DNA of 64,000 bases. It comes from Phormidesmis sp. Lineage in GTDB: Bacteria > Cyanobacteriota > Cyanobacteriia > Leptolyngbyales > Leptolyngbyaceae. Within the stretch, counting starts at the first letter, position 1; every line of letters starts with the position of its first letter. Below are positions 7,620 to 17,522 of the stretch, one piece after another. Both the position numbers and the translations under genes were made by a program. The notes under the pieces were generated by a model. That model was not told the DNA's origin. It was given only the letters and a program-made list of their open reading frames with translations, and ran no database searches. The DNA lies in the NCBI GenBank assembly GCA_965248535.1, contig CBDFJR010000005.1, forward strand, positions 1,696,001-1,760,000, written 5' to 3'.

Positions 7620-8543
7620 TTAAGCCTCTCTGGGAATCGATCGACGATACATTTCACACAGATGCGCGATCGTATCAATGAGAGTCAATCGATAGTCGAG
7701 CAAAATTTCTTCACTGCGCCCCTCTAATTTTAGCTGTTTAGCAAATTCATCCATCAACTCCATGTGGGTTTCGACGATTTGAGCGACGGGGATATCGGCA
7801 AAGAAAATCGTATTCACAAAATCGTCAATTTTCTGATTCAAACCACTATCATCGACAAAATAACTGAGCACGATGACTCGATAATGATCGCGCAGTTGCG
7901 CTAAAAGCTGTTCTCGTTCAGCGTGGGGCAGATAGCGCAAAAACGTTTTAGGGTTGCGCTTGTAATAGACTCCTAAATAGCCCAAACGCTCTTTTAGCTT
8001 CTCGGTCAACCGTCGCTGATGCAGCAGCAAAAAGTTTTGGGTGCTCAGGTCAGTGGTTAGATCTGGTTTAGAAGACGCATTGGGCAGACGGCAAGAGGGC
8101 GAGAGATTGAGAAACTCGTCGATCGCGTCATCGACAAACTCAGCTATCTCCTCCAGTTTGTCGAGCGCTAATCGAACTTCGGCTGAATGATAGAGAAAGA
8201 TTAGCTGCGCTTCTAGATCAGCGACTCCAGAGACAGGGGTTGAGGTTGCGTCTAAAATAACGGTCGGCAGCAGCGTCGCCTGGTTGTGAAGCCAGGCAAT
8301 CAGAGCAGGCAACTGAGGGCCGTCTTGCAAGATTAAACAGTCAAGCCGCTGGCTCTGTTGCTCAACTAGCAAAAAAAATGCCTCTTTAGACTCTGGCATG
8401 ACAACGGTGTAGCGATCTTCTTGAGGGGTGCCGGGGACATCATGGCTCAGGGCTTGCTGCACCGAGCGCGCCAACTCCCTCGAGTTGAGAAAAACGCAAA
8501 CAAAGAGCTTGGACTGCTGAAGGTTAGAAAGTGAGGCTGTCAA
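7620..8543 (-). CDS. kaiA: Circadian clock protein KaiA (full length, with N-terminal pseudo-receiver). Start uncertain: TTG 8543, ORF extends to 8624
   Basis: KLKERLGYLGVYYKRNP and LLDYRLTLIDTIAHLCEMYRRSIPRE. Confidence 0.96.
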   Translation of the reverse strand: MTASLSNLQQSKLFVCVFLNSRELARSVQQALSHDVPGTPQEDRYTVVMPESKEAFFLLVEQQSQRLDCLILQDGPQLPALIAWLHNQATLLPTVILDATSTPVSGVADLEAQLIFLYHSAEVRLALDKLEEIAEFVDDAIDEFLNLSPSCRLPNASSKPDLTTDLSTQNFLLLHQRRLTEKLKERLGYLGVYYKRNPKTFLRYLPHAEREQLLAQLRDHYRVIVLSYFVDDSGLNQKIDDFVNTIFFADIPVAQIVETHMELMDEFAKQLKLEGRSEEILLDYRLTLIDTIAHLCEMYRRSIPREA

Positions 8544-8971
8544 GGCTAAATAGACCCACGGGATGAAAAAGACGGTGAAGTGATCTGCTGACGGGATCGA
8601 GCGCGATCGTAGAGTTGAACCCAAGTCTCTAGGAGGTCAAGAATCTTTATAGCAGGATTTTTGATCAACTTTAATATTTATTTAACAATACGGCGTTTTG
8701 TTAACAATCGTTACAAGATACGAATTTAAAACGGTGAGCAATGCAGCAACTAGACTCGGCACCTTTATGATTTAAGTTCTCATATTCGGGTTTGTTGCTG
8801 TTTATTTCAGCCTTGCAATAATTCAGCTTTTCCTAAAACCTGCCTTATAAAATAGAATCTCAAATCCGGTTTTTCTTTCCCGCTTCGATGTCAGCACAGA
8901 ACTGTCGAATCATTGGTCTATAGGCATTCGGTGCTGTTTTTCGGTCTATCTCACAGTTCGGCGGGTATTTC

Positions 8972-11900
8972 ATGGCGATGCACAATGCTTCCCTTAGAGA
9001 CTTTCTTGAATCGGTGCCGATCTGTCCTCAGACCGCTACGCTAGCGATCGCCGCAGAGATTTTGGGCGAGAGCGTTTGTGGTCGCTTAGTTGTGGTTAAT
9101 CGGCAGCAATATCCGATCGGGCTAATTCACGCTCACAGGCTGATGTCCCTGCTGGCAGCCCACAGCAAAACTGCGGCAACGGTTCTAAAAAAATCCCTGT
9201 CTGAGATGGGTTCCTCGCTGATCGAGCCACTGCCCACCCTGCTGATCGATCAAACTTTAGACGAATGTAAGCTGAGTTTTCAAGATAACTCCCAGCGATT
9301 TTGGGCCGTAGCCGATGGCGATCGTCATTTCACGGGTCTAGTTGATAGTCGCTGTGTTCTAAAGCTCATGGAGATTGCCCTGAGACCAGAACTACCCCAA
9401 GAGCCAGATCTGTCATCCCCCAGCCCTGATCAGCCAGCCACCTTTCCCACCGAAGCTGATCACTTACTCAAACAGCAGCTACGGGTGCAGATTGCCAAGC
9501 TGCGATTTGCGTCTCGGCGCTCAGATGGGCTACCGCTTCAGCCTCAAGCCACACCGCCACTGGCAGCGCCTGAGCCATCGCCTGCCGCCATTCAGTCACT
9601 CATGCAGGTTTTAGAACGGTTGCCCATGCCCATGATGCTGCAATCTAACACGGGGCGAGTTGTGGCTGAAAACACATTTTGGCAGCAGCAGTTTGCTGAG
9701 TTGGCCGACCCCGATTGGGTGCAGCATGATGCCGATGCCGTTTTAGAGTTTGCTACCCACTCTAAGCCGCCGACCCGATCGCCTGACTCTGCTTGGAACC
9801 CCTCAGCCGAGTCTCCGATCGATGTCTCAGTCACCAGCTTTTGTCGCCTCGGCTCAACCTCTAACACCTGCATTTGCGTCTGCCCGCTCAAAAATGGGCA
9901 AGAGCGCATCTTGCATCTGATCAAAATCCCGATCGGCACTGTCTCGTCTCAGACAGAATTTGATCTGACGGCTGGGTGGCGATCGCCCACTCAGCACCCC
10001 AATCTAAAATCGCGGGAATCTCAGCGAAACTGTCCGACTGACGCTTATCTAACCACTGTAGAAACCGAGCTAGAAGCGGGAGTGTCATGTCCACTGCCCT
10101 TGCTCGAAGAAAGCCTCTGGCTCGTTTTGGCTCAAGATGTCACCGAGCAGCAGCAGATCGCGAGAGAATTGGCGGCCAAAAATGCTGACCTCGTGCAGCT
10201 TAATCGCCTCAAAGATGAGTTTCTAGCCTGCATTAGCCATGAGTTGAGAACGCCACTCACCGCAGTTTTAGGCTTATCGAGTCTGCTGAAAGATCAGCTT
10301 TCAGGCACGATGAACGAGCGACAGATTCGCTATGCTCAACTGATTCACCGCAGCGGGCGGCACTTGATGACGATCGTCAATGACATTCTTGACCTGACCC
10401 GCATGGAGACGGGCCAATTAGAGATCACGTTAGAACCCGTAACCATTGAGACTGTCTGCAATCGAGCCTTTGAGCAGGCGCAGCAGTCGCGCCTCGAAGA
10501 AGCCAAACCCGAAGCCGGACAGGAACTGCCCTCTGCGCCGCCCACCTTTACCTTAGAGATTGAGCCAGGTCTGGCAACGCTGATCGCCGATGAGACGCGG
10601 CTGCGGCAAATGCTGCTCAACCTGCTTTCAAATGCCCTAAAGTTCACCAATGCGGGCGGCAAAATTGGGCTGCGGGTCAGCCTTTGGGACGGCTGGATCG
10701 CCTTCACCGTGTGGGACACCGGGATCGGAATTCCGGCTGAAAAACAGCATTTGATCTTTCAAAAATTTCAGCAGCTAGAAAACCCGCTGACGAGACGGTT
10801 TGAAGGCACCGGGCTAGGGCTGGTGCTCACCCAACGTCTGGCCCGGCTGCATGGCGGCGATGTCACCTTCGTCTCAAAGGAACACCAAGGCAGTCAGTTC
10901 ACGCTGCTGTTGCCGCCCACTCACCCCCAGTCTGCGATCGACCACTCTGATGAATCGGTCATGTTTCCTCCGATTTCTCGCCTCTCGCCCCACAATCGTC
11001 TCGTGCTGGTGGTCGAAGCCGTGGTGCGCTCGATTGAGCATCTCTCTGAGCAGTTAAGTGACCTGGGCTATCGGGTGATTATTGCCCGATCGGGCACCGA
11101 GGCCGTCGAGAAAGCGCGCCGACTTCAGCCCTGCACGATTTTGCTCAACCCGCTGTTGCCTGCGCTGTCGGGCTGGGATGTGCTGACCCTGCTCAAAGCC
11201 GACCCACAAACAAGGCACATTCCCGTGACGGTAATGGCAACGAGGGGCGATCGTGAGCAGGCCACTCGCCATCACGCCGATGGGTTTCTCAGCTTGCCGA
11301 TCACCAATCAATCTCTCAAGCAAATGCTAGATCAGGTCGAAGACTTGACTCTAACTCAAGCGACCGAGGCGATCGGCGAGAGTTTAGTGATTTTGCGGTT
11401 AAGCCCGATTCGCTATGGTGAGCAGACTCCGGCGGCTGCAAAAGCCACGATCGACCTCAATCACCTCTTACACAGCCGCAACTGTCGGGTCTTAGAAGCC
11501 GATGATCTAGAGCAGGCCGAGCTATTGGCCCAAGTCTGGAAACCGCACGTCGTGTTGCTAGATGCAGCGATGCCTGACCCGATCGCCTATCTCAGACATT
11601 TATCTGAGCAGACCTTTCTTGCGTCTTTGCCCTTGGTCACCCTAGATCAAGCTACGACTCAAGCCGCCAATCAAATTCATGGGCTGTCGGTCTTTCCGTG
11701 TTTAGCGCCCTTGGTTGAGCCATCGACCTCAGGAAAATTGGAGCCTTCAGCCCTCTTGCAGGTGATTCAAGTCGCGGCGGGCTTTGCGTGGCAACCGTTG
11801 GTGATGGCGATCGACCCGGCAGATTTGGCTGAAGCACTTAAGGGCAACGCTCTAGAACCGCCTAAAGAATCGGAATGGCTATCAGCGATGATGCACTATG

Positions 11901-12220
11901 TGCAGGCGGCAGGGTTTAGGGGCACGATCGGGCGATCGTGGGCAGAGGTCGCTCAAAAGCTGCGATCAGAAAATGTAGACTTGATTCTATTCTATTGGCA
12001 CGATGCAGTGCCTCAAGGCGCTACTTTAGAGGGGTTAGCTATGCTCAAATCTCTGGTCAGCGATCCCCCCATTCTGGTGCTCGATCATCGGTCTGCGGCG
12101 CAAGAAAATGCCAATCAGCAGGCGGTCTCAGCCCTATTGCACAAAATGGCAGTTCCTGTAACACTGCACTCACCCTCAATAGAGGAGTTATTGAGTCAGA
12201 TCAATCAAATTTTGACCTGA
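8972..12220 (+). CDS. Hybrid sensor histidine kinase (CBS-like N-terminus, HisKA/HATPase, three receiver-like domains)
   Basis: EFLACISHELRTPL, LLNLLSNALKFT, DTGIGI, GTGLGL. C-terminal REC-like repeats. Confidence 0.93.
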   Translation: MAMHNASLRDFLESVPICPQTATLAIAAEILGESVCGRLVVVNRQQYPIGLIHAHRLMSLLAAHSKTAATVLKKSLSEMGSSLIEPLPTLLIDQTLDECKLSFQDNSQRFWAVADGDRHFTGLVDSRCVLKLMEIALRPELPQEPDLSSPSPDQPATFPTEADHLLKQQLRVQIAKLRFASRRSDGLPLQPQATPPLAAPEPSPAAIQSLMQVLERLPMPMMLQSNTGRVVAENTFWQQQFAELADPDWVQHDADAVLEFATHSKPPTRSPDSAWNPSAESPIDVSVTSFCRLGSTSNTCICVCPLKNGQERILHLIKIPIGTVSSQTEFDLTAGWRSPTQHPNLKSRESQRNCPTDAYLTTVETELEAGVSCPLPLLEESLWLVLAQDVTEQQQIARELAAKNADLVQLNRLKDEFLACISHELRTPLTAVLGLSSLLKDQLSGTMNERQIRYAQLIHRSGRHLMTIVNDILDLTRMETGQLEITLEPVTIETVCNRAFEQAQQSRLEEAKPEAGQELPSAPPTFTLEIEPGLATLIADETRLRQMLLNLLSNALKFTNAGGKIGLRVSLWDGWIAFTVWDTGIGIPAEKQHLIFQKFQQLENPLTRRFEGTGLGLVLTQRLARLHGGDVTFVSKEHQGSQFTLLLPPTHPQSAIDHSDESVMFPPISRLSPHNRLVLVVEAVVRSIEHLSEQLSDLGYRVIIARSGTEAVEKARRLQPCTILLNPLLPALSGWDVLTLLKADPQTRHIPVTVMATRGDREQATRHHADGFLSLPITNQSLKQMLDQVEDLTLTQATEAIGESLVILRLSPIRYGEQTPAAAKATIDLNHLLHSRNCRVLEADDLEQAELLAQVWKPHVVLLDAAMPDPIAYLRHLSEQTFLASLPLVTLDQATTQAANQIHGLSVFPCLAPLVEPSTSGKLEPSALLQVIQVAAGFAWQPLVMAIDPADLAEALKGNALEPPKESEWLSAMMHYVQAAGFRGTIGRSWAEVAQKLRSENVDLILFYWHDAVPQGATLEGLAMLKSLVSDPPILVLDHRSAAQENANQQAVSALLHKMAVPVTLHSPSIEELLSQINQILT

Positions 12221-12415
12221 CCCATTTGACCCCTGATCTCTGGTTATCTCTGTAAATCAAAAGAATCGACCTATCAGTTTGTAAGCATTCAAACATCGGT
12301 TAACCCTGAGGTGATGAGATCTTGATTTAGGCTGAAACTCTCAGGATCTATCTGCCCAAACCAGTTTAAATTTAATTCCAGAAACCCCTACGCTCTCCTA
12401 GACAAGATTGACTTC

Positions 12416-14680
12416 ATGACTTTAGAAATAATTGAGCTTGATGGCAGGAAATTTGCCCCCGCCGATCAGTTGCCTCTTTCAGAATGGGCGTGTGTTCTCA
12501 ACGAGCGTCCGCAGCCTGTGCTCACGCTCAAAGACGATGATATGTTTCTGCTGACCGACACCTTTGGCAACATTGGTGGCTCTGCCGATGATGGTCGCAA
12601 CAGCAGCATGGGGCTATTTTGCAACGACACCCGCTTTTTGAGTCGTTTAGAATTGCAAATTGATGGACGATCGCCCATTCTTTTAAGCAGCACGGCTGAA
12701 AAGGGGTTTGCGCTCTCAGTGCTGTGCACCAATCCCCGGTTAGATGAAAAAGTCTCTGCCGAAAACATTGGCATCAAACGAGAACTCGTCCTCAACGGTG
12801 GCTTATTTGAGGAAATCGAGATCGCCAACTACAGCACCGAAGCCGTCAGTTTTGAACTCAGCGTAAGCTTTGATGCCGACTTTATTGACCTATTTGAGGT
12901 GAGAGGCTTCGATCGCACCCAGCGCGGTCAGCTTCTGCGGCAATTGCCCCACGATCTCGCCAGCCCCGATCTTGACCCAGAGCACCGCTCGACTTCACGG
13001 GTCTCTGAGGGCAGCCCTGTGGAACTCGTGCTGGCTTATTTAGGTCTAGATAATGCCCTGTTAGAATCGCGCATTCAGTTTCTTCACCATCAGCCTGACT
13101 TTCTCAAGGGCTATACGGCGGTGTGGCATCTTCAGCTAGAGTCTCATGAAACCAAAACTCTCAGCTATCGATTGCAGATGTTGAGCAACGGGCGATCGGT
13201 GTCTAACGTCGATGCGCCCCGCACCCTGGGACAAGCCAAAGCCGCAGAAGTGATGGAAGAGCAGACCTGGCAGCAGCAGGTGACTCAGATTCGCTCTGAC
13301 AAAAACACGTTTAATCGCGTGGTCGAGCGGGCCGAACAGGATGTCTATTTATTGCGGCAGACCTTTGGCAAGGGCAAAGCGCTCTCAGCCGGGGTGCCGT
13401 GGTTTTCGACGCTGTTTGGTCGAGACTCGATCATTGCGGCTTCTCAAACGCTGTTGCTCGACCCGCAAATTGCCCGCGAGACGCTGACGATCTTGGCTTA
13501 TTATCAGGGCAAAGTTGAAGACGAATGGCGCGAAGAGCAGCCGGGCAAAATCTTGCACGAGATTCGCTTTGGGGAGATGGCGCGCTGTCAGGAGATTCCC
13601 CACACGCCCTATTACGGCACGGTGGATGCTACGCCGCTCTGGCTGATGCTCTATGCAGAATATTTTTCTTGGACTGCCGATTATGAAACCCTCGATCGCT
13701 TGTGGGGAAATGCGATCGCCGCGATGGATTGGGTCGATCGCAATCTCAAAGCAACCGGATATCTCAGCTATGCCCGCAAATCAAAACGCGGCCTCGATAA
13801 CCAGGGCTGGAAGGACTCTGGCAACTGCATCGTCAACCGCAAAGGGCAACTGGCCCTGGGCGCGATTACACTCTGCGAAGTGCAGGGCTATGTCTATTCG
13901 GCAAAGGTGCGGCTGAGTCAGATTGCTCGCATGAAAAAGCGTATTGATCTCGCCGATCGCTGGGAAGAAGAAGCCAGAGATCTCAAGATTCGGTTTAATC
14001 GCGATTTTTGGATGGATGACCAAGATTTTTGTGCCTTGGCGCTCGATGGAGAAGGCAAGCACGTAGACAGCATCACCTCCAATCCGGGTCACTGTCTCAA
14101 CTTGGGCATTTTTACGCCTGAGAGAGCCTATAGTGTCGCCGAACGGCTGCGCGCTCCCGATATGTTTAACGGCTGGGGCATTCGCACCCTCAGCAAGTCG
14201 TCACCAGCCTATAACCCGATGGGCTATCACATTGGCTCAGTTTGGCCCCACGATAACTCGATGATTGCGATCGGGCTGCGGTCTCTCGGGCTGGTCGATC
14301 AGGCGTTAGAACTGTGCAAAGGGCTGCTCGACATGACGCGATCGCAGTCTTATCAGCGCCCGCCAGAGTTGTTTTGTGGCTACGATCGCACCGACGATAA
14401 TGAGCCTGTTCAATATCCAGTGGCGTGTTCGCCGCAGGCTTGGGCAACGGGCAGCATTTTTCAACTTGTTCACATGATTGTGAATTTAGTGCCGGATGCG
14501 CCCGGCAACAATCTGCGAATTATCGATCCAGCGTTGCCTGAGTCGATTAATTATCTAGGGTTGCGAAATTTGCGAGTTGGCTCGACGCTGCTGGATCTGG
14601 AGTTTGAGCGATCGGGTTCATCAACGGCCTGTCGGGTCTCTAAAAAACGGGGTAATTTGCGAGTGGTGATCGAAGCCTAA
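12416..14680 (+). CDS. Amylo-alpha-1,6-glucosidase / glycogen debranching family protein
   Basis: GLFCNDTRFLS, AGVPWFSTLFGRD, NQGWKDS, YHIGSVWPHDN, YPVACSPQAWA. Confidence 0.92.
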   Translation: MTLEIIELDGRKFAPADQLPLSEWACVLNERPQPVLTLKDDDMFLLTDTFGNIGGSADDGRNSSMGLFCNDTRFLSRLELQIDGRSPILLSSTAEKGFALSVLCTNPRLDEKVSAENIGIKRELVLNGGLFEEIEIANYSTEAVSFELSVSFDADFIDLFEVRGFDRTQRGQLLRQLPHDLASPDLDPEHRSTSRVSEGSPVELVLAYLGLDNALLESRIQFLHHQPDFLKGYTAVWHLQLESHETKTLSYRLQMLSNGRSVSNVDAPRTLGQAKAAEVMEEQTWQQQVTQIRSDKNTFNRVVERAEQDVYLLRQTFGKGKALSAGVPWFSTLFGRDSIIAASQTLLLDPQIARETLTILAYYQGKVEDEWREEQPGKILHEIRFGEMARCQEIPHTPYYGTVDATPLWLMLYAEYFSWTADYETLDRLWGNAIAAMDWVDRNLKATGYLSYARKSKRGLDNQGWKDSGNCIVNRKGQLALGAITLCEVQGYVYSAKVRLSQIARMKKRIDLADRWEEEARDLKIRFNRDFWMDDQDFCALALDGEGKHVDSITSNPGHCLNLGIFTPERAYSVAERLRAPDMFNGWGIRTLSKSSPAYNPMGYHIGSVWPHDNSMIAIGLRSLGLVDQALELCKGLLDMTRSQSYQRPPELFCGYDRTDDNEPVQYPVACSPQAWATGSIFQLVHMIVNLVPDAPGNNLRIIDPALPESINYLGLRNLRVGSTLLDLEFERSGSSTACRVSKKRGNLRVVIEA

Positions 14681-14686
14681 AGGTCG

Positions 14687-14736
14687 AGATCCCCGACTTC
14701 TCGGAGAAGTCGGGGATCTTGAGAAGTCGGGGATCT
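14687..14736. repeat. REP-like perfect palindrome with a duplicated arm, between convergent genes
   Basis: AGATCCCCGACTTCTC-G-GAGAAGTCGGGGATCT followed by a second GAGAAGTCGGGGATCT. Confidence 0.85.
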
Positions 14737-14739
14737 GGT

Positions 14740-15834
14740 TCAAGATTTTATATTTTTCAGGGCCACGGTGCGATTTTGGAGGGCGATCGCGTCGTCTGGT
14801 TTGAGCGCTAGCACTTTGTCGTAGCTGCTTACCGCTTCTGCAAATCGCTTCAGGCTAACTAAAATGCTGCCGCGATTGTTCCAGGCACGAAAATCGTGGG
14901 GTTTGAGAGCTAGGGCGCGATCGTAGCTGACGATCGCTTCTTCGAGCCGACCCAGCAGTTTAAGCGCCACGCCTCGGTTATACCAAGCTTCATAGTAGCT
15001 GGGGTTTAGCTGCACAGCCTGATCAAACTGGGCGATCGCGTCGTCATGATCGCCGAGCTTCATGCAAGAACAAGCCTGGTTGTACCAAGCGGCCGCGTGA
15101 TCGGGCTGCCACCGCAAAACTTCTTGATAGCTCTCGATCGCGGCTTCGTGGCGATTGAGATATTTGAACGCGATGCCGCGATAAAACCAGATATCCGCAT
15201 CTTCTTCGTCAATGGCTAACGCTTTGTCATAGCTGGCAATGGCGGCTTCATAGTCTGCCAAATAGAGCAGAGCATGACCGCGATTGATCAGCGCATCTTG
15301 ATAATCGGGGCGCAGGTCTAACGCTTGATTGAAATGGGTGACCGCCCCTTCATAGCGCTGAGTGGCAAAGAGCGTCACACCCTGCATACACCAAGCATCA
15401 GCAAACTTGGGCATCTGCTCTAAGGCTTTGCCAAACTGGGCGATCGCGTCGTCATAGCGTTTGGCTGCAAACAGCGCTAACCCGTGGCTATAGAGCGCGT
15501 GAGGATATTCAGGTTGCAGGGCTAATAGTTGCTCAAAACTGGCGATCGCCGTCTCAAAATCTTGAGACACATAGGCGGCCCACCCGCGTCCATAGTGGAG
15601 ATCTGGAGCGTCGGGGTGATGCGCGATCGCCCCTTCAAAGCATGAAACGGCAGCTGTGTGTTGACCCAAACTGATCAAGACACAGCCCTTTTCGCTGAGA
15701 GCCTCATAAAAGTCTGGCTGCCGAGAAATCGCTTTGTCTAAGTAGCCGATCGCCGATGCATAATCTCCGACCTGGCTAAAGTTTAATCCTTCTTGAAAGA
15801 GGCTGGCGGCGGTAGCGGGTTCGGTCTGCATCAT
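14740..15834 (-). CDS. Tetratricopeptide repeat protein
   Basis: About ten 34-aa repeats (AWYNRG..L..LGR.EEAI.SYD.AL.L.P). ATG at 15834, ORF extends to 15891. Confidence 0.92.
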   Translation of the reverse strand: MMQTEPATAASLFQEGLNFSQVGDYASAIGYLDKAISRQPDFYEALSEKGCVLISLGQHTAAVSCFEGAIAHHPDAPDLHYGRGWAAYVSQDFETAIASFEQLLALQPEYPHALYSHGLALFAAKRYDDAIAQFGKALEQMPKFADAWCMQGVTLFATQRYEGAVTHFNQALDLRPDYQDALINRGHALLYLADYEAAIASYDKALAIDEEDADIWFYRGIAFKYLNRHEAAIESYQEVLRWQPDHAAAWYNQACSCMKLGDHDDAIAQFDQAVQLNPSYYEAWYNRGVALKLLGRLEEAIVSYDRALALKPHDFRAWNNRGSILVSLKRFAEAVSSYDKVLALKPDDAIALQNRTVALKNIKS

Positions 15835-15933
15835 AGGGGCTTCAATCGGGCCGTCCGGCACTAAAAATCTGGGCTTGCATTCTTTACCCAAAATACCCAG
15901 ATTGAGCCTGACGATTGATATTTTCAGTCTGAT

Positions 15934-17511
15934 TTAATGCACAGGTGCGCCGCCTGTCACTTTCGCTTTCTTGAGAAAGAGCACGGCACCGCCACTGATC
16001 AGCAGCGCACAGGCGATCAGAAAAAAGCAGTCATTAAAGGCCATCACCGAGGCCTCGCGGTGAACTGTATCCCCGATCGCCGCGATCGCTTGATTTTGAG
16101 CCGTTGCTAAATCAGATCCTCGACTGACAAAAAACTGCGTATAGCGATTGAGCGATTCTTGAGTTGCGGGGCTAAAGACAGAAACGGCTTCGCCCAGGCG
16201 ATTGGAGTGAAACTGTTCCCGATTGGTTAGCAGAGTCGCGATCGCGGCGATGCCAAACGATCCGCCCAAATTTCGCATCATGTTAAACAAACCAGATGCC
16301 GACCCCGCTTGAGAAGGCGGCAAACCTGCGGTGGCGATCGAGGAAATGGGCACCATAATCAAGGGTTGCCCCATCGCCCGCACTAGCTGTGACCAACGCA
16401 ATTGATCGATCCCCGATTGATTGGTCAACTCAGAGTTCATAAAACAGCTAGCTGCAAATAAACTGATGCCGACCCCGACCAAGATTCGCACGTCAATGCG
16501 CTGCATGAGTTTAGGCACAAACGGAATCAGAAACAGTTGTGGAAAGCCAGCCCACATTAAGACTTCGCCAATCTGCATGGCACTGTAGTTTTGAATCTGA
16601 CCCAGATAGAGCGGCAGAATATAGACTGAGCCATAGAGTCCTAACCCTAGGGACACATTGATCACACTGGCTAACCCAAAGTTTCGTCCTTGCAGCAGTC
16701 GCAGGTTGATAAACGGTTTTTTTCGCCGTAGCTCGATCCAAAAAAACATCGCCAAAAAAATCGAAGCCACGATCGCTAGCTGGGCAATCAGATTAGAGCT
16801 AAACCAATCTTTGCGGCTGCCTTCTTCGAGCACAACTTGCAGTGACCCCAGCCCGATCGCCATGGCCACAATGCCGCCCCAGTCTCCTTGTTTGAAGAGG
16901 TTTAGCTGCATAGGACGGGCTTCGATCGCATACCAAACTCCCGCGACCAGCATCAATCCAGGAACGATATTGAGATAAAAGACATAATGCCAGCTAAAGT
17001 TTTCAGTTAACCAACCGCCAAACGTTGGCCCGATCGAAGGTGCAAATGTGGCGGTGATTGCAAATAACGCCAGTCCAATCGACTGTTTAGACGAAGGCAG
17101 TGTCGTCAACAGCACCGTAAACGCCATCGGAATCAACACCCCTCCAGTAAACCCCTGAAAGGCGCGAAACACAATCATCGAGGGCAGATTCCAGGCTGAT
17201 GCACAGCACACTGAGAAGAACACAAAGAGAATCGCATTCACTAAGAGATAGCGACGAGTTGAAAAAACTTGTGACAACCAGCCTGTTAATGGAATCACAA
17301 CAATTTCGGCAACCAGATAAGAAGTCGAGATCCACGAGCCTTCTTCAAGGGTTGCCCCCAGCGCAGCTTGAATATCTCGCAGAGAGGAGTTTGTAATTTG
17401 AATATCCAACACGGCCATAAACGCCCCTAGCATGGTGGCGAAAACGCCGATCCAAGTTTTAAGTGGGACGCGATCGGAGTCTGGCTGAGACAGGGCAGAA
17501 GAGCTTGTCAC
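15934..17511 (-). CDS. DHA2/EmrB-family MFS efflux permease
   Basis: AFMAVLDIQITN, WISTSYLVAE, APSIGPTFGGWL, SGLFNMMRNLGGS. Confidence 0.93.
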   Translation of the reverse strand: MTSSSALSQPDSDRVPLKTWIGVFATMLGAFMAVLDIQITNSSLRDIQAALGATLEEGSWISTSYLVAEIVVIPLTGWLSQVFSTRRYLLVNAILFVFFSVCCASAWNLPSMIVFRAFQGFTGGVLIPMAFTVLLTTLPSSKQSIGLALFAITATFAPSIGPTFGGWLTENFSWHYVFYLNIVPGLMLVAGVWYAIEARPMQLNLFKQGDWGGIVAMAIGLGSLQVVLEEGSRKDWFSSNLIAQLAIVASIFLAMFFWIELRRKKPFINLRLLQGRNFGLASVINVSLGLGLYGSVYILPLYLGQIQNYSAMQIGEVLMWAGFPQLFLIPFVPKLMQRIDVRILVGVGISLFAASCFMNSELTNQSGIDQLRWSQLVRAMGQPLIMVPISSIATAGLPPSQAGSASGLFNMMRNLGGSFGIAAIATLLTNREQFHSNRLGEAVSVFSPATQESLNRYTQFFVSRGSDLATAQNQAIAAIGDTVHREASVMAFNDCFFLIACALLISGGAVLFLKKAKVTGGAPVH

Positions 17512-17522
17512 AAAAACCTCCC

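Noticed and set aside
8670..8720. HLR1 (RpaB) or NtcA site upstream of kaiA
   Set aside because: TTAACAAT and GTTACAAG are 9 bp apart rather than 10, and there is no GTA-N8-TAC.
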